A stretch of 64,000 bases of DNA from Klebsormidium nitens (lineage: Eukaryota; Plantae; Klebsormidiophyceae). The notes below the pieces were generated by a model. The model searched no databases, was not told the DNA's origin, and saw only the letters and a program-made list of their open reading frames with translations. The stretch lies in the NCBI GenBank assembly GCA_000708835.1, contig DF236983.1, positions 131,786 through 195,785 of the forward strand, in the 5' to 3' direction. The translations under genes were made by a program, and so were the position numbers. Below, one piece after another: positions 17,091 to 29,000 of the stretch. Every line of letters starts with the position of its first letter. The first letter of the stretch is position 1.

Positions 17091-20000
17091 CTATCGTCTA
17101 GCGCGCCCATCGCTCCTCCTATGCTCCTCAATTTTCCTCTTCTTTTGCGCCTGCCGCTTCTGCCCCGAGGCAATCTTCCTCTTAGCCACTCGCTCCGGGT
17201 CGACCAGAGCCGCAATCGCCGCCTTCCGCTTCCGGTCTTCCCGTGAGACCTTCACGTCCTGACGGACGGCGTTGTATGCGGACACGAAATCGGACACGCC
17301 CACGGAGTCCCGGACCAGGCCCATCACCTCTTCCGCCAGGGCCTTCAGATCATCTGCACAGCACAGGGGGGCCGTCAAACTGATGGAAGATGCGACCGAG
17401 CGATAAACGCTCAAAAGGGAGGTGGTAATACTCACAAGTGGTAGCGAGTGGAAAGGTCGTGAAACTTGAGGTGGGTGGACACCCATCAAAGTCGGGGCGT
17501 GTTTGCAAGGCACGCAGATACTTCGTCTCTACCCAAAATTCTGATTACTCTAAACAAAGTCCATGGCGTGCCCCCGGAGATCGACGAACCGTTTCCACAA
17601 GAGCTTGCAAGCGCGGACCATGCCGCCAGCGCACGACCACGAAACTCGCCAGCTTCTTGCAGTAGAGTTCGCGCATCCAGAAGAATAAAATGCATCCAAT
17701 CGTCCGGGTAAAAGCACGGGCCAAAAATGGAATATGGTACGCACCTGGCACGGTCTTGGCGGCGTTGCCCTCAGCGAGGCGGTAGAGGGGCACCACCAGC
17801 TCGGGGAGGTGGGGCCGCACCGCAGCGCCGCCCAGCGCGGTGGCCACCGCTGCAAACCACCGCAAAGCGGCCGCGCTCTGCAAATGCGGAAGTATGTTTG
17901 AGACCCTCTGAGCGCATAGCTTTTGAACCGCTTGAAATTTCAGATCAGCTCCTACCGCTGCAAAATACGGCAAGGGGAGGCGTGTTCTCCCAGAGAGGGG
18001 AGGCTCCGAGGGGTATGGGACTGACTTGGTACGGCACCCGAAGGTAAAGAAGATCAGCTGTACAAGAGCGGCATCCAAGCAGCGCCGGGCTCCTTCGATC
18101 CTCAAAACATCCGTGAGATGCTCCCAGTTTCGATAAGACGTAGCTCAGGACCCGCAGTGGGCAACAACCCTCCAAGGATACCAAGAACCTCATGTTGCTC
18201 GTAATACTAATAATTCTGTTCAAAGGCTGCGTCACTGCCTCGCGCAGAACCGGCAACGAACTGGGCTGACAATCGCGGATTGAACGTCAAAGAAACGCTG
18301 ATTCCCTCCGTTGCTGGATTCGTGCTCACCTGTATTGGCTCCACTCTGAGAGCAATCCTGGCGATCCTCCGGAAAAGCGACTTCAGCGTGGGGCACCGAT
18401 CCCGCTGCCACCGGCCCTCTTCCGACCCCGCCTCTAGTTCGTCCTCCTCCCCTGTCTCCAAACCCTCTTCGCCCCCGTTCGCTAACCCGTCTCCTAACCC
18501 GTTTCCGGCATGCTTTCCCTCACTCTCCAGACGCCCGTTCGCTCCATTAACCCCGGGCTTTACCCCGGCCTCCAGCACTGCGTGCATAGCGGTTGCGACG
18601 TAAACCAGGTTCTTAACCCCCTGTTCCGCCAGCTTCTCGTCAACTACTTCCGCCTCTAGTTGCTGGCACAGCGACGCTGCCACGCGCTGCAGTCCTTCGG
18701 GGGGGCTCAGAATCGTTTCCCCCGCCCAGCCGGGGGGTTCCCTTGTGGGCTGCGGCAGGGCTGCGAACAGCCCCCCCACGAGGCGGCCGGCGGCTTTGCG
18801 GACCCACAGGTGACGATGGAGCAAATGGGCGGACACGTGCTCCCAGAATGCCTGCGGAAGATCAGGGTTGGGTTTGAAAAGAACGAAGTGTATAAGTGGA
18901 GAGAGTTGTGGGGCAAGCCAACCCTAGTGTGTCTAGATCCGGTTACGATGAAGAGGTGCGGTAAGCAACGAGCCCAGAGGGCTTCGACTCTTGCCGGTTG
19001 AGTCAGAGCGGAAACCACCTAAACCCTAAAAAGCTTAGGAACGAACCCCTTAAGAGCATGAACGACCTACACCTGAAGCGGCTCAGGAATGAATCTTGAT
19101 ACGAGGGGAACGGAATCATGACAGCTGCGCAAAATGACCCGACTTGCCTCACAAAGAGACGTCCGGTGGGAAGAATTGGTGGGAGCACATCAGAGAGATT
19201 CCCAATGAAGATTTTTCGTCCGCAGTCTCCAGAAGGAGTCGGATGTCCCTATCTTCGCTTCATCACTTGTGCTCCAGTCAATAATCGCTTTTCTCGTTGA
19301 GGCAGAACATTTTTTTTGTATCGTTTAACGCCTCGTAAGGACAGCTAATCAGCTAATCAACTAATCAGCTCGAACAACACACGAGAGAGACAACGTCAAG
19401 GACTTGTAGAGGCAACGTAAACGACTTGCTTGGAAGGCAGAACCGTCGGAGTCTTCAGCAGAAACAATTTGGACTTGCACGTCATTTAGATGTTGTACTT
19501 AAGGCGGAGCGAGTCGAACAATTGAAAGTATGCAGATTCAAGATAAATCTAGTCTTTAACACTAAAACAACCAGATTGCCGAGCTCTTCAGGTTACGACC
19601 GTATTGAGACGGATCCGGCAAAAGCAAGAACATTACTTGTTTGGCAACTGTAACTGAAAAGCTGTGCAGTTCATATGCCCGTTCCATAAGACGAACGCAG
19701 GGAGGCCCTGGCATGATCAGACAGATTCTTAGGTGGAATAGGGGACTTATGATCACTTTACTTCCAGGTATAGACTCGAGCAACGGGGAGGGTGCGCATC
19801 AGAGAGATTCCCAATGAAGATGTTTTGTCCGCAGTCTCCATAAGGAGTCGGATGTCCCTATCTTCTTTCATCACTTGCGCACACCTTAACAGATGAAGTA
19901 CTCTCGAATGAAAGACTATCAATGATCTCAGATACGGCCGACCGTTGTCTGGTAGGGACACAAGAAAACAAAGAAGCAGAATTACTGGATGACGAGTGGA

Positions 20001-23000
20001 GATTCTCAAACATTCGTGCTATCGTCTGATGATTTAAAACCCTGAAGAAGCGAGCCCGTTTCGCTAGATTCAGAGCGTTTCGAGACTTGACAGACCAAGA
20101 CAAAGGAACCGTCAAGCCATCCCAACGGTGGCGAAGGCAGAAAACAGGAAAAATATCAAGCAGGGTACAAGTGGAGAAGGTTTGAAAACATTATATGACA
20201 ATATGCATCCTGACCTGGAATTGCGCGCTCAGCACCAACTCTGGCAGCTTCTGGAAGAGCTTCTCCGCTGACGTCAGCGTGAAGTAAGCCTCCTGCCACA
20301 TGGGCGCCGCGGGCTGGCCGTCATCCGAGGGGGATCCCTCCTCTGCTGCCGCCTCGGGGGATCCCTCGAGCGCGTTCTGGCAGCGGTCGAGCATCGCGAG
20401 CGCCGCGGCGCGCCAGGCTGCCACGTGGCGCTTGAAGGCAGGGCCGAGGACCTCGACACCGAAGCCCAGCACCTGCGGATGGGTCAAGAACAAGTTTCAG
20501 GAAAGATGAATGCAGAAACATGATTTTTGGATCAGCAAAGTTGGCAAAGCTTAGGAATAATGCTGACAGCTTGACAGCATTAAAAACCGAACCGGAGGTT
20601 AAGAATTTGAAGAAGTCGAAACAAACACCCAAATATAACAGTCTTCCTTTTCGATACCAATCCAGTTTGCTCTGACCAAGACTTCCGCTCAAGCCAGATG
20701 CAATAGACAAGGATTCAGTGGCTCCGACAAGAAGGACCGGGGTTCAGTAACGGTCGGAAAGTAATCAGAATGTCCCAAGGAAACAAACGAAAGAGCTTTT
20801 GCAGATGTTCTGTGCAGGTAGGTCTCTCACCTGCGCGGCTGGCCGCCACAGCTCGCGCCTCTCCCCTCCATACCACGCCATCGCAAAATCGATCATCCGC
20901 TGCCGCGCCGCGCTTCCCACCCGCCCCATCAGCACTTTCAGAACCGCCCCCACCATCGCGCGGCACTGCTGCTTATCGTCGTTAACCAGGCGGGTAACTA
21001 GGGGGAGGAAGAAAAAGTCGCCGTTCTCGTCGACGATCTCGGGCGGGAACTTGACCAGCACCGCGTGGATCATTTCGAGGGCGGCCTCGCGGCCCGACGG
21101 GTGCTCGTACGCGAGATTCGCGGCGAGGAACTCTAGGTGTTGCTGCAGGCGGCGCTGGCCCAGGGGGAAGTCTAGAAGGAACTGGAGGAGCGTTTGGCTG
21201 CAGAGCGTTCGGACGGTCGTGTCCTGGCTCCGGACCATAAGCTGCCCGACTCGTATCATAAGATCGTACATCTCGGGAACGACTAGTTTTCGCCCGACGA
21301 TCGCTTTCAGCAGCCCGAACGCCGTCGCTCTCGTCGTGCCCTCCTCCAAGTCGATGAAAACCGGCGCAATTAGGATAACCCGCAGCTGGGCTTCGGAAAA
21401 CTTGGCCTCCTTCCCATAGCGCAGCAGGGTGGTTAGGAGCTTCAGGCTTTCCTGAAGGAGAGGCGACGCGGCACGGCCCGACCGCCGAACGATCACAAAG
21501 AGCCGGTCCGCAATCTCGGGTTCCGAAGTCCGGATCGCGGTTAGCGGCGTCCGGACCAGATAACCCAGATTCTTCATCGCGAGGGCAAGCACCGAGTCGT
21601 GGCGCGAGTCGAGGCACCGGTTAAGGAGCTCGACCATGGGGTTAAGGAGCGGCGCCAGCTTCGGATCTGAGCCGTTGATCTTGTTCCGCTTGAAGCAGCT
21701 GTGCATCAACTGCAACCCGAACTCCATCAGCATCTGTTGGTTAGGCACGGTTGGCTCCTCCGCGGGGCCCTCTAAAGCTTCCCGCTTCCCCAGGCTGATG
21801 CCCACTTTGTCCAGAACCGTCTTGAGGTTCCCCCCCGTGGACCGCGCCTGCTTGTCGTCCTTCTTCTTCCTCTTACTGGCCGCCTGATCCGCCTCCCAGG
21901 TTAACCCGTCCTCCACTAACCCGTGGGTTAACACCAAAACCTCCAGCCCCCCAGTCGCGGGGTTTTGAATCAACCCCGACGCGATGTTCCTCAGCATCTC
22001 GTCGAGCTTCCCTTTGATCTTCGGGTTCAGCGACCGGGGCAGGTTAGCCCTAACCACCCCCACTAACTCCCTGCAAACCGCCGCAAACCCGCCCGCCTGC
22101 GCAAGTAACCGCAGGCTCTCGTACGACATCGTATGCCGCGTCTCCTTCATCTTCTTCGCCAGCCCCTCCACGTCTTTTTCCTCTCCCGTTTCGCCCAAAA
22201 TGTCCTCTTCGATGATGGGAGTCATTCCTCCCAGGCAGTAGTCGATCTCGCCGCTCTTAACCGACGGCAGGGTTTTGACGAGAACCGCGTGCAGGGTGTA
22301 GCCGAGCACGTGGACCTGGTAGCCGCGAGTGAGGCTCGACGAGAGCGTCTCGACGATGAAGTGGAGGTACCTGAGGGATTGGCGAGAAAGTAGTGAACAC
22401 GGGAAGCCTGTAGACGTCCTTCGAGACCGCTTTTCTCCATAGTCAACCTAGCCGATCAAAAGTCTGATTGTTGAACTCTGACGGCCTTTGGAGGTGCGTA
22501 GCGTGATGGTGACGCGGGCTTTGGAAAAACGAATCAGCATCCACCTTAGTGAACGAAACTAGAACGTCGGCCGGCTTCAAAGTCCGATGTTTTCGTGGAT
22601 ACGAGTCACGAAAGGAGGGAATGTCAGATGCTGAGGAGTGAGATGTTCAGTTTCCAGCACTCAAGGTGACGCTCGTGATCTCGTCAGCTTTCGAACCGAG
22701 TCAGCTTCAAGTTGTTGCAACTCTAAGCGATTCGCCCGCTCTCACCTGGCCCCCAGCGCCTGCGCCGCCGCCACGATGGCCCCCCTCGCCGCGTCCCTGA
22801 CCCACTGCGCGCGGCTCTTGAGCAGGTTCGCCACCTCGTGCAGCAGCCGCGGCAGCTCCACCTCCATCGCGCGGGGGGGGAGTAACGCCAGCACCTGGAC
22901 CAGGGCCAGCGTTACCGGGGTGCTCACCAGCCCGTCGTCGCCCTTCTTGTCCGGCTCCTCGATCATGCTCTTGCGCAGCTCGGGGAAGACGCGTTTCAGC

Positions 23001-26000
23001 AGCAGGGCCTGGATCGGCCCCGGAACGAGCCTCCCCCCGGCAGACTTGACGCCCGCATTTGCTGGAGTGGCGGTTCCGGGCGTTTCCGGCTCCGTTCCGG
23101 TACTTCCCGGCTCCGTTCCGGTACTTTCCGGCGTTCCGTTCGCTTCTCCGCCGTGGGCGCCGCTTCCTTTTTCCCCCGCGTCTTTCTCACCCTCGTTTCG
23201 CTTCTGATCGCCATTTTCCGTTCCGTTTGACTTCGCAATCTGACCCCCCGTCTGCGCGTCTAGCCCCAAAGTCACACCGGGAGGTGCAACCGAACCCCCC
23301 ACCCCGCCCCCGCCGGTTCCGCCCCCCTCGCCTACCCCAAGGACTGTCCCCACGAAGCGCTCCTCGTTGGGACCCTCCTCCTCGCCGACAAAGAAGTGGA
23401 ACCGTTCCAGCACCCCGCAAACCGCGCGCACGATCGCGCGCTGGTGCGGGACGCCCTTGCCTGACGTCAGCTTGAAGAGGCGCATCAAGAGGCCGTAGTA
23501 GGTGCCCCACTCTAGTTGGCCCGCCATGGTGGCGATTGCGGCGACCGCGGCCTCGACCAGGTTGCCTTCCTTGTCGCCCTTGGCCTCGAAGAGCGATTGC
23601 GAGAACAGCGGGACGAAGATGGTCATCAGCGAGCCCTGCAGAACAGTCGTCGGAGTGATGTTCAGCAGAGAGAAGAATGAAGCTGTGAGAAAGACAAGCA
23701 GAACCTGCGACTTCGTTCAACCAAAAGGTGTAGGCACCTGATTGTGCCAACGGCTCAGTAACTAGCCCAAGCACTGCAGACCTCCTTCTCACATTCTTGA
23801 GGGATCCGACAGACAGAGATCACTATTACACAAGAATATTGCTTTCGTTCGAGTGTGAACGTGTGGTACGAAAGAAGAGGCCCGACCACCTAACCCAGCA
23901 ACCCAGCAAGCACCTCAAGAATGATTAAACGCCGTCGAGCTCTTGTCGTAGCCAACCGAACCCCATGCACATGTAAACGAAAGACTGGAAACCTTGCAAA
24001 ACCTTGGAACCGTGAACCCCGAAAGACGTGAGACCATTTTAGAGTTCCGAACTGCAACAAGCCCCGGATCGTACAAACCATGCCCACCTGATGGAAGTGG
24101 CCCTGGTCGCAAAGCGCTCGGAAGCGGCCAATGGCGCGGATACGACGGTGGACCTGCAGGTGCACGATGTTGTGGAAAACGTCCGCCTCTAGATCGTCGG
24201 ACAGCAAGCTGCGTAGGCCGGCCAAGGACGGGACGCCGGGCAGCCGTGCAATCATCTCCCTGCAACAGGCACAGTACCCGAGAGTGTGAGTTTAACAGAA
24301 AAGTGGACTGGTGTGAGAATGTCAAATGAGGATGCCAGGGTGAAGGGTCGAAATCCACCCCCTCACAACTGAGCGGACATACCGATGGCAGAGCGCAATC
24401 ATTTCTCTGCATCGAGCACCGTGCGGGGAGTGTTTCAGGACGACGACACTAGAGACCGGTCCAAATTTCTCAACAAGAGATTCGAATGAAGGGTTACGAA
24501 CTGGCTCTAAGGATTGACAGGAGGATTGCAGTGTGGAAACTAACGGTGACATCAGCGTTGGCTTCTGCGAAAGGGGCAGGTTCGGCCGAATTTCGCAACC
24601 ACTGCAGTCTGTAGATTTGCAAAGCGGTGTGGCGAAGGAAACCGCACGAAGTCGTAAATAAGGATCACACAGAGAAAACCTGCCCGGGAACAAGGAGGTA
24701 CGGCAGCCGTTTACCCACCTGAACAGCAGGACGTACTCCCGGCGCACGACCAGGCTCTCAGACGCCAATCCCCTCCGGACATGTGGCAGCAGCAGCCGGG
24801 TTACTAGAGCCACCGCACGGGGCCCATCCAACGGTCCATTCTCTTCAAGCCCTTCCGCGGCCCCCGGTTTCCCTACGACCGCATTCACGCCCGTCGCCTC
24901 CGCCTTAGCAGCAGGAGCGCTCACACCGCTGACGTCAGCGTCCTCTTTGCTGAAGGCAGCACCTTCAACGTCGTCCTCCTCCATGACGTCAGCCTCCGCG
25001 CCGCCGACGTCAGCATCCGCCGCAACGAGCCCCTCGTCAGCGTCGACGTCTGCCCCCGGTGTGCCGGACTCCGCTATTGTCGCCATATACCGGATGAACA
25101 CCTCGATTGCATGCGCGGCGGAACTGCGCAGCGAGAGGTCGTCCTCTTGCATGTCGTGCAGGCACTGCCCAAGCACCAGCTGCGCTTCGAGCCGCGTCAT
25201 CTTCTCGAGTTCTCCCGACTCTAGTTTCCCGTATGCGTCCAGCCGCCGGCCATAGTCGCACTCGTCAATGCCCGACGGGTCCATTGCGTTCAGGTCAGAA
25301 AGCAGACCCGCGACACGCGCTAACCCAAGCTTAACCCCGCTCGAACCTGCGGCATATCCGTGGGTTACTCTAACCTCCACGGGCTGAACGGCCGACCCCT
25401 CCGTGAGTTGCATGGGAGCAGCCCTTGAAATTGCAGAAACCTCAGGTGAACCTCGCCCGGCTAACCCCTCCAACGCCCCGCTGAGCGCTTTCCTCGCCTC
25501 TCTGGTTTGCAGCGAGATGAAGAGCGGAGCCAGGATTGGCACGCACTGCGCCACGCTCTCGGGTTCCAGAACCCGACCTAAACCCTCCAGAACCCTGAGC
25601 GCCGCCGCGCACGCCTCCTCGTCGATCTTGCGCTTCCCCCCGGGTGACCTCAGCAGCGGCATCAGCGCTGACGTCAGCTGCGCCGCCGCGTCGCCACCTG
25701 TCACGTGCCGGCTGACGGTGACCAGGATCGCGAGCTCGCGCCGGAAGGAGGGCTTGCGGGTTTTGCCGGCCCCAGGGTGATCCCTCTGGAGCGTCAGAAG
25801 TTGCTGGAGGTTGGTCAGCAGCAGGGGGAGGTGCGGCAGTAGCAACTGGTCCTCTGATGTTACCCCCCCCTCCGAATCCATCTCCAGCAGGTTTTCTACT
25901 ATCGTCAAAACCGTTCCGATGACGCCTTGAGAGGCGCCTGGAATCGAGAGAACGGACAGCAGACCGGGAACTAGGTTGGGGTCGAAAGCCAGGAGTGGCG

Positions 26001-29000
26001 CCAGGGCGGGGTGCCGGCTCATGGCCAAGAAACAGGTCAGCAGTGCGCTGGGCTTGTCGCTGCTGGCGGAGTCGTTTCTGATTCGGGCAATGGGCCCCGC
26101 CATTGCGGCGAAGAAGAGCGCCCAGTAGCTTGGGGGAGCTGCTCTTAGGGTGTTTCGCGCCTCGGGTTCTAGGGTCTTGGATTTCAGGGTTTCGACTTCC
26201 GGGGCAACTAGAGTCGGGAAACGGGAGAGCACGGAGGAGAGCACACGCAGGGACAGCGAGCGAAGGTCCTTGTCGTTGCCTCCCGCTGGATGCGAAGAAC
26301 CCGCTCCTTGCTTTCCTGGCTTCTCGCTATCTTCCTTCCGTTCTTGGCTACCATTTTGACCTCCATCCTCTTCCCGCCCATCCGTCTCATTCAGTCCCGC
26401 CTCCAGCGCTTCAGTCGTCTCGATCCCAACCACAGCAGCCGCCGGCACTTCGCCGCTTTCGTCCGTGTGGCCCCCCTTATCTGCCCCGTCTTCGACCCCC
26501 CCGTTTTCCCCCCCGTTTTCCTCCCCGGTCTCCACCCCCCCCGGAGTTGCCCCGTCTTCCCACCCCCCACTCCGTCCAGCGCTCTCCAGAATCCTCACCG
26601 TCACCCCCAGAAGCCCATGCAGGTACGGCCCCAAAAGAGCTTCCCCCCAGCTATCAATAAGCTCCCGCGCCATATGCAGAAAGCCGACGCGCCGTTTATA
26701 TGGCACGGCCGCCAGCTTATCCGGGTCCACCCGCTCAAGAAACGAGGCCCCCACTCCGCTTTCTAGCTCCCCCTCCCACGTTTTGGAACCGGGCTCGGTT
26801 TGCAAGGCCCCAAAACCCGTAACTGGGGCCCCAGTTCTAAACGCGGGGCTCAGGGGCTGTAATAGAAGCTTGAAGAACGGAGCGAGCTCGCGCGGGTTCA
26901 TCCTCGCCAAGAAGCCGAGCACCGCTGCGCGCGGCACGCCGGCAGTCGCCTTATTGGTCTGCTTGGTCGCCTTTTTCTTCAGCTTGGGGTACATGATGTG
27001 GATCACCACGCGCATCAGCCCCCCCCGGTGCTCAGCCAAAACGGCCCCCCCGTCTGGGCCGATGTCCCAATGTGTGATCTCGTCACGCGCCGTTTTGGGC
27101 GCCACCAACCGCTGCAGGTTCTCGGCGTAGGGAACTAGATCGGGGTCTTTCCAGTTGAGCAGGCACGCAAGCGCCGCCTGCTGGACGGCCGGGTCGCTGT
27201 CGAGCAGCAGCCGTGACGTCAGCAGATCCTTGACCTCCGCTTGCCGGAACAGCGAGCGCGCATTCCGCAGCTCCTCGAGCAGCGCCAGCCAGTGCTTCAG
27301 CCCCTCCCGCCACGCTTTACTTCCCCACACGATACCAGAAACTGACTCTCCTCCCTCTAGTTCGTCCATGTCTTCGCCCACGGTTCCGACGGCCTTGGAC
27401 GGGCCCCCAAGCCCGAAAGTCTTGCTTTTCGGGATGTGAGCGAAATCTAGAAGAAGGGGGACCACGTGGCGGCTGTGGGCCTCTGCCACGTGGGCGGACT
27501 GTTGGAGAGTCCTAAGAAGGAGTCCGGTGACGGTGGGGAGGTCGGTGCCGTCCAAAACAGGAGAAGCTGCTGCTTCGAAAGAGGTCTCGAGATCTGCGGA
27601 AAGCAATGGAAGGGCTGCAATGTCAGCTCCAGGCGCTTGAGAGTGAACAGCTGGAGTATCGGGCATTTTTGACAGCAGAGAAAGATTTCTCATTGGAACA
27701 GAAAGCGTGGCGTTCTGAAGCTCGCGAATGACCCGTGCTCTCTTGACAACGTGCGTGCTGTCAGAAGTGTACCACCACACACGTTTCCTTGCTGCTCGGC
27801 AACCTATTGAACTGCTTCCTTCAAAGAGGACAGTCGCGGTCGAAAGTATGCCAGCTTTGAGGCAGCCAAACCCAGGCAGTCACATGCTTAAGCAATTCTG
27901 AATCTCGAAGCTCAAAGCAACACGTGATCGTGCCAAACGTCGGGTTCACAGACAGAAACTCTTCACAACCGATCGGAGCCAGGAAAACCCCGGTCAGAGC
28001 CAAGCAACGCCAAACGCTGTTCTGATGACATCAGCCGCTCACCTTGCACTGCTTCTCCGCCGTTCTCTTCATCCCCTTCCGTCGGAGCCCCCCTTCCGCC
28101 ACTCTCCCCCCTGAGCCACGCCGCCTGCGTCTCCTCCAGGTCAGCTAACACCGCAGGCCACACCACGAGGGGCTCCTTCACACCCTGACGCCCCCGAGCC
28201 TCTTCCTCCTTCTGCACAGCGGTGTACACAGGCACTCAGAATTATCAGGAGTCGGGCAGTCGGGCAGTTGGGCAACCAAGTCAGCGGGCATCAGAACCGA
28301 TTGGGTTGGGTGGCAGTTGAAAACTATTTGGTGGTGGAATTGAACCCGTTTAGGTGGCCAACACAGTTCCACTCGACATCATCACTGTTTACTCGCAACA
28401 AACTGTTGCTCTACTGCTCACGACCTCAGGATCAAGTCCTCAGAGCCTGGAAGTCGTCAGCATGTGACGCGTTACCAGCATTATATGACGTCAGGTCCTA
28501 CCTGTAACAGCGCAGCCAAGGTCTCCCTGGCCGCGTCCCACAGCAGGCTGAACCGGATCCTCAGCACGCCCAGCATGGCCTGCGCCAGCGGCTTATGATA
28601 AGCGGCCGGTAGCCTATCGGCGACAGCGTGGACGCGCAGGCGGGTTATGACGGAGCTGCTGTGGCGGCAGTCCTCCAAATTGAGAGGGGCGGTCTCAATC
28701 TCCAGCACTTGCTGGAAAAGCTGCAAGCAGAAAACGAAAGCTGGGATTTAGACATGTGGTAATTTGGAGGCAAAGGGTGTAAGGGGCTAACCATGTAGCC
28801 GAGTGCACTTGCAAGAACTAGCAGCTGCTAAAAGGCTGCCGAAAGCGAAGGCCTTGTGGGACATCGAAGGCTCGTTTAAGGGAATCTTCAGTGGCAAGAG
28901 GTTTCGTAACCTACTTCGAACAGGTGCTTGGTCAGTTTTTTGTTCCCTCTTGCGCCAATGACCCTTTTCGACACAGCTACCTCTAAGTTCCTTTTTGACA

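Noticed and set aside
19020-19028. Isolated telobox-like AAACCCTA motifs (also ~3180, ~39662)
   Set aside because: Single 8-mers in introns and not clustered near a TSS; expected by chance.
24322-27780. 1152-aa ORF as a stand-alone gene
   Set aside because: It is one large UTP20 exon plus read-through into flanking introns; splice sites join it in frame to neighbouring UTP20 exons.
28288-28388. Possible fourth C/D snoRNA in a UTP20 intron (minus strand GTGATGA...CTGA, ~95 nt)
   Set aside because: No terminal stem, and I cannot match its putative guides to rRNA or snRNA; likely chance boxes. snoscan would settle it.
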